A stretch of DNA of 64,000 nucleotides from Penicillus capitatus (Eukaryota > Plantae > Chlorophyta), in the NCBI GenBank assembly GCA_965649825.1, contig OZ287694.1, positions 247,197 through 311,196 of the forward strand. The letters are read 5' to 3'. This document shows positions 23,162 to 37,422 of this stretch, piece by piece. The notes under the pieces were generated by a model that did not search any database, was not told the origin of the DNA, and saw only the letters and a list, made by a program, of their open reading frames with translations. Every line of letters begins with the position of its first letter. Position 1 is the first letter of the stretch. A program made the translations under genes and the position numbers.

Positions 23162-26100
23162 GTGCGCGAGATTCGGCAACGTCGTCCATCGACGAACGCA
23201 CGGAATGTGAACGCTAACGTCGTCGGCGACAGCGGAATCGTGAACGCTTGATACCCCAGAGCATGTAACGAAATAATGGACAACATCATCGTCACCCTCT
23301 AGTCATTCATTCCGTCCCCTTCTCTGTCTCCAAGACGCTTTGGATCCATTCCAAGTGTGGCACGATGTTGATGAATTTGGAAGGGAGTTCGGCGCAGTCC
23401 GTTTTCTTGGTGCTGCTTCCAGCCATTGCGATGAGAAATGCTCCGCCCCGATCGGCATCATCTCTCCATGCCACCATTCCGGTTCCGTCATCTCGGTTGC
23501 AGATGGATGCTCCGGCGTTTGGATTGTAGGAACACAGCTCGTCTTCCTCGAGCCTCGGTAGTTTGGAAGAATACCTATCTCGGCAGGTCTCGTGATTCAT
23601 GCAGTTGACGTTTCCTTGCTGGAGGATTGGTGAATACTCTTGGCCAGGTGACGTCGGCCCCCAGCCAAAAACAACTACGCTGAGCCCATTCTTGCAGTCA
23701 TCGGCACCTGCACGAACGAATATACGATTTCATCAGATGTCGATATGGCTGACCTGCTTCGGGCAGCTGAATGGGATCATTCTTGGATTCTGTCTCCAGG
23801 ACTATGATAGCGAGCTTGCCTTTCTTGTGGCGTTGTCGAGGAGGCATGACGATCTCGGATGCCGTTAGCGTTTCGGCATCAGGACCCCTTTCTTTCTCAC
23901 GGATGTGGACATCGCCCATCTTACAGGTGACTTTAGATGGATCATGAAATCGCTCCACACACGATGCGACAGTCAGCACGTGTGTGGAACTGATGAGTGC
24001 ACCGTTGCAGTAATGAAGCTCGCTGTTTAGCCAGATAGAAACAGCATACGGGGAAGAATGAGTAACTCGAAAACCTCCTCACCCTCATAAACCTTGATTC
24101 TCCCAGCATCCTTGCTAGTCATCGTAGTCGTTTTTTTTCCGCCGCTATGGCTTCTATTCCTGGCATCCTTGTCATGGTTTCGATACATGGCTTCCCTAGC
24201 ATCCTCGTCATGCATTAAAAGTTCCTTTAGCTTTGTTTTCTCGTTGGCATCGACCTTCATCTGGCTGGTACCAACAGTTAGAAAAACGATCGGAAGGGTG
24301 ATGGAGAGCGGGAATCGATCGCCATTTGACTTATCTGCCATCTTGGTGACGAGACCGACAAGAAGAGGCGGCTTTCCGAATCCCTGTGAGCAGAGAATGC
24401 CGCGGCCAAGATCTCTGAAGTCTCGTTCGCGACTGGCAAAAGCACAGATGGTTATCTCTGCCCAGTCCCCATCATCACTCCTAAGCACATCATCCTCCAT
24501 CATCTAACGATCGACACGTTGGCGATGCAGACGAACGTCTCTCGGTCTGCTGTGCATTTTTGGATGGTTTCGAGTGAGAGACGGTGTGTGTTGAGAAAAA
24601 ATGTACCGATCCAGTTTGCCGCCGTCCTTCCTCGACGCACAGCCAAACTGGCAAAGTCGATCTCGCTGCAGCCGGCTGGCGATTTCGGGATGAGTGATGA
24701 TGTGACGGCAAACGTCACGGGTTCCTTCAGTTCGACAGAGGCAATATCGTACTGTGCCTTGTATCCCTTCCCCTTTCTGTATGCCTCATGCATACGGACC
24801 CGAGAGATGCTGATTCTGGCCTCTGAAAAACGAACGTCACTTCTCAGTCATTTCGGCATAGAGAGTACCTTCGCCGTTCGCAGTCGGGGCGCTGTCTTCC
24901 CCGGCGGCAATAACGACGGACAGACGAGATGGAACGAAGCCGGTGACACTGTCGTCGACGCAGGAAGCGGCTGTCAGGACGAGAAGCGGCGTCACGAGTG
25001 TCCCCTCGCAAACGCGACGACCGTCCGCGCCAGCGAACGTGACCAACGGCGAATTCGAAATCTGCAACTCGTGAGCCGCATCGCTGGCGTATCCCTCTGT
25101 CGTATACCGTTCCTCCGTCGCTGCTCTGGTAAGTAAAACCGTTCCTCCATCGTTGTCAGCGAAGAGAAAGAGGCATGCGAGAATGACAGCACGGTACGCA
25201 AGCATGTCGACGAGATTCTTGCCAACCTCTGCACGAGCGAGCGTGCTTAGAAACAGAGCTCAAGATGAAACACCTCGAAATTCACTCCGTCGCGTTTTTG
25301 AGTTGGTCTCCCACTTCCTCTGACGGCAAAAGGTCGAACGAAAGACTGAAGCGCGTGTGTGATGGAGAAGCGTTCTCTTTATTGATGGGACGTGACCTGT
25401 GCTGACTGGATGGATCTTTCTTCTCGCTTCGCGAAGCTTCACCCTATCGTACTCTAACGGATTCTCGACTCCATTCTGCTAAGCGTACTAGTATTCACTG
25501 GCTTTGGAGGATTCCCGTTTTCCTCGGCGTTCCATGGCTTTGGCGAGTTCGGTGATCTTTCGCATCGAAGGTGAGACGTAACCCGCCGACATTCAAGCAG
25601 TGTGCGACACACAAGCATTTCTCGCGGCGCACCCACTCAGATACGCAAGGGCGTTTAACCAACTCGCCATGCCATGCCAGTGTACCCTGACAAAGGTTGG
25701 TCGCCCTGCGCTAGCGGCACTGATCATCAAAGAAGCGGTGCGCGCACCGTCCCACGAACGTCGTTGTTTGCAACGATGCAAGGCGAGAAGACAGACCTGT
25801 TACGTGCGGTGCGGCGAATAGCCAACGTCGTCTCCATCGAAGCGTTCTGTGACCTTCTCGTCACTCCAACCGAGTGGGTTTTCTACTCGGGACACGATGC
25901 GAACATCTCGTCTACTGTTTGGAAGGTACTCTAAGCACCGACATCAATGCTTCTTCGACCGATGATGAACACACTCTCTGTCTTCATAGGGAAACGCGAG
26001 TAATGGACAAACAAGCAGAGAGCGGTGGATGCCGTACTACTGTTCATGAAGTCAGAGATCCGTTCTCACCTTCTCCGTGACCTCTTGGGAGAGCGCGACC

Positions 26101-27625
26101 GAAACTGGCGCCATTGTTTAGACGGACATCCGTGGGACGCCCCAAACTGTCCGAACACTTCATGCAGGTCACTTTGCAGAGATGTCGCTTAAAGTCACAC
26201 TTACGTCCTTGAAGTTCGCGATATTGGGTCACAGACGCGCCAGGCAAATCTCACGCATTCAGCCTGCTACACTCTGTCAGTCATCTAGAACGAAGATGCC
26301 AAGATGGAGATGTATCCGGTCGTGGAGAGGTTGTTCCGACAATCGTCGTTGTCTTACCTGTGGAACAGTGCCTTGTTATCCTCTGGTTGTCTCGAGATCA
26401 TTGGACTGTTTGTTGGTCTCGTAGATATACGGCAGGATTGAGGTTTGAATTAGGTGGCATTCCGGCTGTCAGTAGTTCGTCAAAGGAATGTTCCATCTAA
26501 GAGAGAAGGAAAGAAGTTTGTAGGAACAGTTGGTGTCCGAGGACTGGCTATCGTGGCTATCCTCTTTGCTACAAGACTGATCGAACTAATAAGCTGCGCG
26601 TTTCAGTACTTATACATCCCTTGTGCGACTGCGCTCGTAGTAGACTTGCACGCCTCAACAAGTGAACAAAGAACAAAGCTCCGTCCGTGTTTACGAATAC
26701 CAAGCGAGGTCTCAGTCATTCATGTTTCATGTAGTGTGCCGAGTGTCGTTCATGTGGCCAACCTATTGCAGACTATCTGGATATAAGGCTCACGTGTTCT
26801 ACAGCTACAACTACTGCGTCATGGATTCTAGCAATGGGTGTCAGGATACATACATGCACCTGTAACACTGTGAAATCTGCACTCTCTGTCGATTGCCTTG
26901 GTGTAGATGGAGATAGAAGAAGGTGTGAGATCGCGGTGACAACGGGCAGCGACGTCAACCAGAAGTCATCGATTGTCGAGAGAGAGAGACCCGCGCAGTT
27001 GCTCAGAATCTTCCCTTGCGCGGCGAACGATTTGCTACAAGGAAGCTCTCTGCATTGTCACTCACATCCGCGAAGAGGGCATTCAGCATCGTATAAAAGA
27101 TAACCTTGGAGTCAGATTTCGCTTCTTTGGAAACTCTTTAGTATTTTCAGCTTAGATCTTCTCCATTCCAGACTGTGTTCTTCACGCGTAGGGTCATTGA
27201 AAGCAGAATGGATCATTATCTGGTGTCAATGGTGAGGAGGAATTGGAATGGAGTTCTAATGCTCCTGGACAATGTCTCGAATCCCCTGACAGATTCAAGA
27301 ACAGCTGCTTCAGGGGCCAGTCAGCAAAGCAGTTAGTCCATTCCACATCAAAGAGGCTCGGGCATGTCTGTGTCAGGTAAATCTGTTCACGTTGTGCTCA
27401 AAGGAAGAGGAGATCGCATTTAGGAGTTAAGACAATTGGATACGATGGTCATGATGGTACTGTCGTCAGGCATGATGTGACCGCACCACCGTCTGCCGTT
27501 TGTCGTGCGCTGTCTTATAACCGTTGGCGCGAGTGCGCTGCCTCAATTCGTCTCACGAAGGGATTGTTCGAGGTAAGACGAAGAGTCAGTCGTCAGTCCG
27601 GTGGATGTCGTTGTGATTCCACCGT
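23162..27625. repeat. Segmental duplication, inverted copy at ~50014-54487 (trypsin block)
   Basis: Matching ORF-track peptides on opposite strands (e.g. 25600-25821 vs 51848-52069; 25874-26080 vs 51589-51795). Confidence 0.92.
23307..25205 (-). pseudogene. Tandem trypsin-like pseudo-protease, copy 1 (probably frameshifted)
   Basis: Two chymotrypsin-fold N-terminal motifs (CEGTLVTPLLVLTAASC; CNGALISSTHVLTVASC). A frame break lies near 24040-24060, before domain 2. Confidence 0.7.
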
Positions 27626-30575
27626 CTGCGTGAGCGGAGGAGAGAACTGTGTGATCGACGGATACCAAATTGGCACAGATCTGCCAACGGCGACAGTTGA
27701 GCTGGTGGACGGACTAGGGCAAATAACTGCAAAGATCTTCCGCCAAGTCAATGCTAACATGACCTCGCCGAGTAGTGAATTCTTATTTTGGCCGATTTTC
27801 CTGTCGATGGAGAATGGATCCTGCACTTTTCAATCCATCAAAGGCTACGTTCCTCCGGGAGAGTACAACTTGACCATCGAATTTGACAAAGAGGCGATCA
27901 AGAACATCGGGATTACCGTGAGAGTTCACAACTGCTCTGTCGGCGAGTTTGTGTCGACTGCTGGATTTTGCGAGGACTGCAGCAGCACGACTTACAACTT
28001 CTTCAATTCTGCGAAACATTGTCAGCCCTGTCCAGAGAATGGGAACTGCGAATCCAAAGCGATCACGCCAGAAGACGGCTACTGGCAGAAGACGCCGTGC
28101 TCAGATCGACTTCGCAGATGCCTGCCGACCTCCGCCTGTGAGTCTCAAGGCCGCTCAGAAAAGTTGAACGCCATGGTTGGAGATGTCCCGAGCTGTGGTT
28201 TCGCAGAAGAATGGATCGAAAACTACACTCAAGCTCAGTGCGCTGAAGTAAGCTGCATTCGTACTCTTCGGATGTACTAAATCTCTCTTCGTCTGTTCCA
28301 AAAGGGTCATACTGGCCCGCTCTATGGATCGTGTGAGAGAGACTTCGGATTAGGTCTGTCCTCCGAATGCAAAAGGTGCCTGAAAGGGTTCTTCAACGTG
28401 GCCTACATTCTGACGTCGGCGATAATTCTCTTGATCATCACGGGCATCACGATCCACGGCACGGTCGGTGCTTTGCGTGGAGACGTCGTGCAGACTCGTG
28501 AGCAGAGTGCACCGTCTACATCGGCGGACGTAATCGAATCTCCACTTTTACCAACGGAAGTGAGTATGGAATGAGGTCGTTGTCGCACTCAACGAGTGAA
28601 TACGCTGTAGGTCCAAGTTGAGAACGGAGTCCCTGCGTCCGAAAAACATTGGCCAAGTGGAAGGCTGTCGAAATGTTCAAGGCATGAGTGAATCCGTTTA
28701 TCTCACACTAAGCTCGACGTTTTGCAGATCACTCTAAGTTATGTCCAGACGACTGTTTTGCTGGCTTCTATTGACGTGGGATGGGCGATTCCTGTGATCA
28801 TTATGGCAACAGTGGCAGGTGAGACCAGTACTTCGTAAGTTTCCACTTGTCGACTGGTGTGCTGCTGCCAGAAATGTTCGGCGGTCTCGCGTCGGAAGGC
28901 ATTCGACGCTCCGTCGTGTGTCTGACATCAAAACACCTGTCCTTGCATCCGACGGCAATGGCACTCGTCGTCAGCGTGTGCGTCGTTCCCTGCGCCGTGC
29001 TTCTCTGCTGGATCGTGTTCTGGGCGGCGAAATCGAGAAGATCTGGAAGCGACGGGCTTCACCGCTACCTGTTTAAGAGATGCTTGCTTTCGGCGATGGT
29101 CATCTGGTACGTCACTCTGGTGCCCGTGCTGAAGACCGCACTGAGCGTATTCCTCTGCGTCGATGTGCACGACTCGGCAGACTTTGCGCAAGTCAACGCG
29201 ACTCGCATGTACTGGGCGGTCGACACGGGTATGAGGTGCTACGAAGGCGACCACTGGAAACTCCTCTACGGAGTGGTTGTTGCGTTCGTGTGTCCAGTGT
29301 ACGGCGGACTGTGTCGTTCTCGTGGTCCTAGGCGCGGAGGGCAGTCGTTCTCCGAAGACTCGTGGCTAATTTCTTCCGCGCTAGGTTCCGTGTACGACGG
29401 CCCCGCTTCAGCGACTTCCTCGTGCTGGATTTCCTGGACCGCGGTACTCCTGTCGTCCGAGCTGCGTCGGGAGTTAAAGAGAGCGGTGTTGTGGACCACT
29501 CGCTCTGCGCCCCACTGGAAGAGTTCCGAGGCTTCGATGCTCCTACGCTCGGCGCTCCTGAAGTGTTCAAGGGCGGCAAGGAACGGCGGATTGCGGTAGA
29601 GCGGAGGATAAGGAACAGTTGCTCGCGCGATGTGTCGTGCTTCGTCGTCGGCCAGAGTGAACACTCGAACGCGAAACGAAAACGAAAACGTTTACAATGA
29701 GCAGACGAACAGCGTTTCCCAGCCTTTTATCCGGTCGAGGCGACGCGACTTCCTAGACAGGTGAGTCATCCAGCGCCGAGAGCCAGAAAAAAGGGCCCCT
29801 TCGCGGCACGGGGTCTCATCTGACACGACCCCAAGTGTCCCTTGAACGCATGACCCCATCTCCAACAAGGCAGTCCCATCATCAGGTCCCTTCCTGCATT
29901 TGCATCATCATTCCTCTATTTCATCTCGTCGACAGACTGCTCGCTCTCTTTGTCTTCTTTCTCTTAAGTGCGCCGCAGCACCTCAGCCACAAGCGCAGTT
30001 GGGCGTATCAGACGACGGGATTCCTCTACCGCTCTTACAGAATGGATCGTCGTCGATACTGGGAAGTCGCCATCGTCGCGAGAAAGGCCATCATTGCTTT
30101 TCTGGTGTTCTGTGCTCACCTGTTCGACAGCGGCGTGCCGATCACCGGCGTCGCGTATATCATCATGCTTGCAATTCTGGCTCATATAATGGCGATGCCG
30201 TTCCGCGAAGACTTCAAAGACCTCAATAGAATGGAACTGGCGTCTCTTTTCGTGTCGGTGGCGACGTCGTTGGCAGCTGTCATGCTCGAAGACGAGAGAT
30301 ACCCTGAAGACTTCACTCGTGTGTTGCTCACAGTCGCATGCGCTTTGCTGAATGTCATCACATTCTGCGTTTTTGTTTTCTACTTTCTCAAGTTCGCAGC
30401 CGAGTACCTGAAGCATAAATTGAGCGAGCGAGGCGAGCACGTTGCACCTAATGCTGGCATGTTCTGCGTTCTGACGCACTGGATCGGCTACGAAGTCAAA
30501 CATTTGATTGGCAAGTTGTGCCGTGCATCTAGAGACCCCGAGATCGCCGAGCAATCGGCGGCCGTCGAGGCATAA
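27622..30575 (+). pseudogene. Receptor-like gene A2: 5'-truncated, frameshifted, interrupted by solo LTR
   Basis: Colinear with A3 from VCxSGGENC onward; no beta-helix exons. A 1-nt deletion near 28655 (gaaaaacattggcc vs gaaaaggttctggcc in A1); insertion at 29312-29934. Confidence 0.88.
29312..29934. mobile_element. Solo LTR (623 bp) with 5-bp TSD GACTG
   Basis: TGTCG...CGACA ends; gactg at 29307-29311 and 29935-29939. Removing it restores YGGLLAL as in A3. Confidence 0.88.
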
Positions 30576-33500
30576 GCGAATCGACGTCTAGAGGCTAGAG
30601 AGTGTTTTTTCCTTCCCAAGCTGAGCTCTAAGATGGGGCTCAATATTCTAAGCTGTGACGGGACTTTTCCTCCTTTTCTCTGCTGAAAGAGCGACCTACA
30701 GGTTGTACCTGATAGAGTGAGCGATGTGCTCTCTCTGTGACACTTTTAAGTATGTGACGTGACGAAAACGCGGCGCCTCTCGCCTCTCTCCGCGACAGTC
30801 GAACGCGAAGGCATCAACACTGCGTCGACTGAACAGTTTGCTTGATCGCAGAGCGAGTCGTTCGCTAGATCTAACAGGGGTACGAAGAGTGACGAAAGCG
30901 AGAAATCATTTCTGCAACAGATTCTTCGTCGTTCGGACCGGAGAGTAGCTCGAAGACGCGAACAATAGATGATTATCAGAATTCTGCCGCCGCCAGCGAA
31001 CCTAACAGAGCACAAGACGCGTCGTCGTCGTCCAGTCTCGCGACGACGTTTCTGCAGACGAAGCAGTAGTTAGCAGAGCGACTTTGGGCGTCTCTGCATC
31101 GAATCGGCCACATCGGCGATGTTGCTGGCATAAATTCTGCGACACAAATGCCTAAACAGATACGTTACACAGAGAGGAGTCCAGAAGAGCAATGAATCTG
31201 TGCAATGTCCCAAGCAGGAACCGCCACGCGAAAACTCAACTCGCTCTCTCCAGTCGTCTATCCGATGTCTTATCTCCACTTTTTTCGTCGTGAACAATAG
31301 ATCGCTCTAGAGAACATGTGTCACACTTCTAGGGGCGAAGGGCGTACAACAGCATTGTCAACCCAGTTAGCGACTCCGTACCGTCAAGTCCTTTGATGGG
31401 AGGAATGGCGAGCATACCGTGTGGAGGGATCCACTGAACACGGCAAGTGCTAATAGCAAACGAACTTTCATGTCAGAACTGCAAAGAAGTCGCCTAGAAC
31501 GTTTCGAGGACATCTCCGATGCGATCATCCGCAAGAACGAGACAGAGCAATGTCGGTCAGGGAGGAAACAACTTCTTCTCGTGAATTCATGGTCGTGATC
31601 CCAGACTCTATCACCGAGTGCGTTCATCTAGCAGAGAAAGGCAGAACCAGAATGCAGCAATTGACACTGCACCAGCCGCGTCGGCTTCACTGACGACTGT
31701 TCTGCTGGTTCTTCTCTTCGAAAGGAGCCGGTCGGTATCGGAACTCGAATGTAATCTTCGAACACACTGTCCCGTGGTTCATCTGTCCTTTCTGACAACA
31801 TAGAGAAGTCTGTGGCAGACAGTGCACACGACAATGGGATAGATCTGTTAGCTGATGCAGGAGCAAGGGGACTTGGTCACGCACCGAGTTGTCCATATGT
31901 CGAAGGCTCGCGCACAAAACTGCCTATCAGTTGAAAGAATCGAAGAGACGATTCAACGACGCTGGTTGTGATCCTGATGTTGTCGCGCAGGATCGGGAAG
32001 CCAGAGGCTTCGAGATTCGTCAAGAGTGGCATCCTCTCTCGGCAGTCATCCAGACCAGACAAGCTGCGCAGCATCCTGGAAGCTGCATCCTGAAACGGTC
32101 CTCTATGAAGTCCCTGACGTCTGGCTGTGAAACAGTCATCTCTGAGGCAGCCTCAATGACCTCTTCTGAGTGATCTAGATGAATTGTGTCTGCGTCGAAG
32201 AATTAAGAAAGTGAGAAACGAGTGACTTGCAAGATGGAGCGTACTCCACTGATGAACGGCGCTTCTCTTACACCAAATGCCGAACGATCGGCGGCGGCAC
32301 ATGCACCTTCGCCCCAAACAACATCTGACAGGCGTCAGACGACCATCCTTCTGTCAATGGAAGAGGAATTCGTCTCTGAAGGGCAGCACTCGAAAAGCGA
32401 CATCATAAGGAGGACTTCCGACAGTTCGTGAAAGGGGTCGGCAAAGGGAAGGATTCCCTATACGACAGACTTGCGGATATGGCAGTTTGACTGAAGTACA
32501 CCTACCTTTATCGACGGCGCTGCACCGAGATAGACCGGTCACCGCTATGGAAGCGCACGGTGAGTTCCAGAGTAGCAAGCGCCTGCTCGGTCAAAGCGCC
32601 GAGCAATTTAAGACGGTACGTGTCGGACATCGTGCCTTGTCGTCCGCTTGCCTCCGACAAGAAGGCATCAAACCAGCGGCGGTGCGCGCACCGTCCAGAG
32701 ATCGCCGTTTTTTGCAGAGGGTAGCGCTGTCGCATACCCTGCTCGCATGCACAATGCCGTTCGACCGTGCCGTGGCGCTGTGACAGTCGTGTATGCAATC
32801 CCAACCGACCGAGGCTCTCGCCTTAAGGGACGAACAGCGCCCGCCTGTGTACATCGGAAGGAGATTAGTTCACGGATCCAACCGTTGTCTGGCTTTCGCT
32901 GTTACCAGTCATTCCGATGTCACTCCTTCCGTACACAGAACACGAACGGCCGCCGCACCTAGATCTTCAAGAGCGTTTGGCGCTCCTCTCCGTTGAGATC
33001 CTGTCCATTTAAAGTAACGGATGTCTGCTGGCGAGGATGAGAACTGTGCCATATGTGACATGTATGTATCTGGCATACTTGGAGACAAGAAGCCATGAAT
33101 GTGTGCTGTTCTAGACGCGTGTCGATTCCGCCACAGCGGCAGAGCATTGTGGTGTGCAGAATCTCAGTAGATTTTGGCTGGGTTGCTTCTCGGGTCCTTC
33201 GATGAGAGCAGGCATGCGAGATGACATGCTGGAGGCGAGCGAGTTACATGCACAACGTTAGAGAAGGCATTCCTAATCCATTGAAAGCATGACAGTGCAC
33301 GCCCCGTCGTCTGTCGTCGCTATGGTAGTGGCTCTGCGACGATTGATCACTCAGAAACAGTCATTACCGAGTGAGGGCTCATCCCTTTACGAACCTCTAG
33401 GGAGAGGAGAGAGATGCAGTGTTCTGTTGTGGAGACAAACAAATGATGGAGAAGAAAGGCAACGTGACATGAAGATGCCACTAAGGAAAGGAACTGTTAG

Positions 33501-35054
33501 AGACGGACGCAGGGAGACCGACTGTTCGACAAATCTGTTAACAGACGTGGTCTGTTAGATTACAGAAGCGACTGCACACCCTGCGTCATGGACAGCAGGC
33601 AAGTCAATGATAGTGATAACTGAAGAACCTCTGATACCTCACGAACAGCTGCTGACTTCAAAGGTCGGTTTTACAGTAGATGTTCGTCTCTCGCTGTCTA
33701 GATGACGTTTTGCTCTGGAGTTTTGCGCCACATTTGGCCGCACAGATACAGAAAGCGCAGAACGCGAACACGTTGCACACGCGACGCGCATTTGTCGTCA
33801 ATGTCCGTGTGTATCTCCTGCGGTGGAGTGAGCCATTCTACCTGTTTCGTTGATGAACTCTATCCGATAGCAGTTCGGCAAGAGGTTCTCAATGAGCGTG
33901 GTGGGTCGTCTTGTAAAGCGCTGAACGACCACGGCTATTAACAACGTGTAGGAGAAAGGCTCGAACGAAGTCTGTCCGAGTCATCTAAATCAGGAGTCGA
34001 CTGTCTCCACAAGAGCGGCTCGATACCGTCGGTCGTCTATCATGTGTTACTGTCACATCTATCGTGAGCTTTCTTTACGCACTTCATCGTCGGCATTCCG
34101 ACAAAGGACGAACTCTGTCGGGAACGTGTTACTGCTCTGCAGATTACCGGGACGTTCCGTTGAATTGTGCTTCTCACGGTGGTGGGAAGTCACGGAGAGA
34201 GTGGCAATCGTAGAGCACACCGAATTCCGACACAACGTGGAGCGCGTTTCTGTACTCTTCGGCTACGTGCTCGGAGTATGCGGTCAGCCTGTTGATCCAT
34301 TCCATCTGCTCTTACGGCTGTCACTGTTGTGTACAGTCAGCTCTGACGTGACCCCGTTCGACGTTGCCGTACGCCGGCCGCATTGCTGTGTAGACAGAGA
34401 GACCAGAATCGCTCGGGAAATACGGTTGAGAGCTCCTTCCCGAGAAAAAACAGATCCCGGAACGAACTGCTTTCTTTGCACTGCTTCTTCGACCCTACAT
34501 GCAGAGCAAAGGTACACCAGAAAGAAGAAACGCCGAAGATGGCCCCCAATGACGATGATCCAAACATCGTCTGTATGGCCGCTTACCAAAGAGCGAGAAA
34601 GCAGGCTGTCCACTGCGTCTGAGGCTACTCGAAGAGTGCGAAATCATGGACCACTACGCTCATCTTATCTCATCGCCGATCCCCGATCCTGACGAGGAAG
34701 AGTGTTTGAAGGTAGGAGGAAGTGCTTTGAGGACGATGCGAGGACGGAGGAGACGCGCACGACGCTCTCAGGTCTCTTCTGATACAAGACACAAAAACGC
34801 ACGCGACGCTCTGCGGGCCTGTGCTGGTGCGTTGCACCATATAAGAGGCGATCTCCGTTCCAGAACGCACAAGTGCTTCTTGAAGAAGACGGGATGGAGC
34901 AATCGGCGCGGCCGAAAGCGATTTAGAATGAGATGCATTCAGACGATGTTCAGAAATCGTCACAAGAGCGTTCTGCCTTCGCATGGGGCAAAAAATGAAG
35001 GCAACCGGAAGAATCGTTAAGAACAGAGTCGGACGGTGGTGCGCAGTCCAATCT

Positions 35055-37422
35055 TTAGACGAACCACGGTTCTCGCGTACAAGCCGGATCGAGACAGAGA
35101 AGCTCTGTCTGCTTCGGCGGCGTATACCTGTTTTGCGTCGTCGTGAAGAAGCCACAGACTCCTGGTGTGGAGTGCACGTCAGATCCGAATGTGTCCTTTC
35201 CTCCAGCTATTCTCGTAATCATCATCGAGTGGCGATCAAATCCCGCATCCCAAATCCATTCCCCGAAACACTTCTTCAGGCACTTGTTGAGGAAGCAGCC
35301 GCGGACGTTTTCGCCGAAGAAAGCTTTCGAACGGATCCAGTCCGATGACCTGTAATCGATCGCGAAATCCGAAATCTGACTGAAACCTTCTGGGCAACGG
35401 GGTCTCCAGGGGTAAAGGGGATTGATCAGAGTGCCAAACAGTATGCCCTTCAACGAAAACTTGGAGCACATAGCAGTCTTCTTGTAGTCATCTCGATGAC
35501 AACCATAGGGCTGATACATCTGCGCCCTCGGATACGGCAAGTCCTGCGCTCCTTCCACGTATCGAGCCACTTCTTGCGATGTGTCCTTGTGAATGGTGAC
35601 GACCTTGCGAGCAGGCGGCACGGGCGGAAAGTTCTTCCACTGGCAAGCGACAGTCCCGCAGTTCTCGAAGGAGGCGTATGGTACGGGCTTGTAGAAGTAA
35701 ACGGCGCGCACCATCGATACACGGAGACTCTCCACGCGCCACTCCATCCCGTAGTCATTGAGGTCTTGATAATTATTGGTGTACCCCACCAGGATCTTCG
35801 GCACATGGCAGAGCGGCTCCCCTTTGCACTTCTTCCTCACTGGCATGCAGTGATCGTCCAGCTCGAAATCGTCGTCCTCGGGACACCAACAGGACCCTGG
35901 CTGATCTGGCGTCTCTCGATCGAGTCGGTAGTAGAAGCCTCCGTGGCACACCCACTTGTCCATTATCGCGAAGGTCACAGCAGCTTTCGAGGTCACGTCG
36001 TCAAGCAGCTCTGCGATCGTCGCCATCTCGGTGTTTTCGATGACGACGGGCGATCGAGACACACTTTGGCACCATTCCCCGACGGTCTTCGTATCCGAGC
36101 GCCCGCCAAGCCACACATCCTGCCACACTGTTCGTTCAATACTTATTTTGAGGCGAGGAAGCTCTTACTTTGTGGGTGATTGCCAGACTCTGTTTGGTGA
36201 GCCCTCTATAACGACTGACAACAAGGCCGTATCCCTCGATCTCTTCCTTTAAGAACAGGAACCCCGCTTGTACTCTCGAATAGGTCGATACGGTTGTTTT
36301 CTCCACAGACGTCATGGACTTGCTGTCGTAGCTGTATGCCTGTTCGAAGATTCCACCGAACTGCGCGGCTTTGTTGTAGTGCGTTCCGTACTGGGAAACG
36401 AAATTCTTTGCTTCCTCGTCGCACGCAGACAGGCTGGGTCTCTCTGTGGCCGATGGATCAAATCTCTCGTCGAATCTCAGATCCTCCTTCGAGTCGTCAC
36501 ACGTCGTTTTCAGCCTCGCAGCCGCCGCCGTGAATCCGTCGGACAACTGTTGCTTGAGGTGCTCGATCGATTTGTCTGTCCACTGAACAGACCAACGCAC
36601 ATTCCTCGCGTGCTGGACATAACAGGCGGACACGCCTTTTTTCAAAGCGCTCTCGTAAATCTGGCTGCTCGAACTGCGTCCGAGTCCCAGACTGTTTGAC
36701 ACTCGAGTCCATAGATCGACTGTAGTTCCCTTCAGCGGGACCTTGACCATGATATCTGTTGTCTGTCCGCCGTCCACCGACCAGCTTCTGCTTCTGTACT
36801 CCAGAAACGAACGGAAGCTGTCGACTTGCTCGACATCCAGAGTGGACTGTGAGCTGCAGCTCGATCCCCAGTTCGACGCGTCCACCTGGTCTGGGATCTT
36901 GAAGTACTTGCCGGTCTCGTCGTCAAAGTGCTTGTATCCAGTCGCAGTGGCACTTTTCTCGAAGGAATAGCGAAAGAGCTGTCCGACTCGGTTTCCGGAC
37001 GCGTAGTCTAAGCCGTTGAAGAAATCGGCGACGGTGGGAAGCTCGATTTCTTCGGCCTTCTCGGATGAGGGCTCGACGTCCGCGTTGACGTCCTACACAC
37101 AACAGGGATCGTTTAGTCGAAGGGCTGCCGCTGCTCGTGGGTATTCGACGCCCACTGATGCGACGGTCTTCGAGTCTTCCGCAGAAGAAGGAACTTTCTT
37201 TTGGGTCGAGCAAGGGGAGTGGATTTCCGAACGCGTCTCGATTCGCGTTTCGACGCGTGCGTGCTGTTCGGCACAGCGACTCACCTGGAGGTCTGGATAT
37301 TCGACGGCCGCCTTGGCCATTGGAACGGCGAGAAACAAAACGACGAGGCAGATCCATCCTTCCGTGCATCTGCCGGGCCAGGAACGCGTCCGAGGTGTTC
37401 GAGGACGGAGGCGACTTCCCAT
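35055..37422 (-). CDS. Secreted MACPF/perforin-like protein, copy 2 (multi-exon)
   Basis: Inverted paralog of copy 1 with the same signature YGTHYNKAAQFGG, the same intron before DVWLGG and a canonical GT first donor; reading frames are open. Confidence 0.88.

Larger units (their letters stand above)
27622..31555. repeat. Segmental duplication, direct copy at ~60684-64000 (A2/A3 3' block and flank)
   Basis: Coding and >1 kb of downstream non-coding sequence match; the first part of the 3' flank also resembles 8960-9150 behind A1. Confidence 0.92.

Noticed and set aside
29266-29700. ORFs inside the 623-bp insert and the alternative C-terminus of ORF 28847-29599
   Set aside because: By-products of GC-rich LTR sequence read through from the interrupted exon.
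30580-34700. Numerous 60-200-aa ORFs between A2 and MACPF copy 2
   Set aside because: No recognisable domains or consistent exon structure; partly duplicated non-coding flank.
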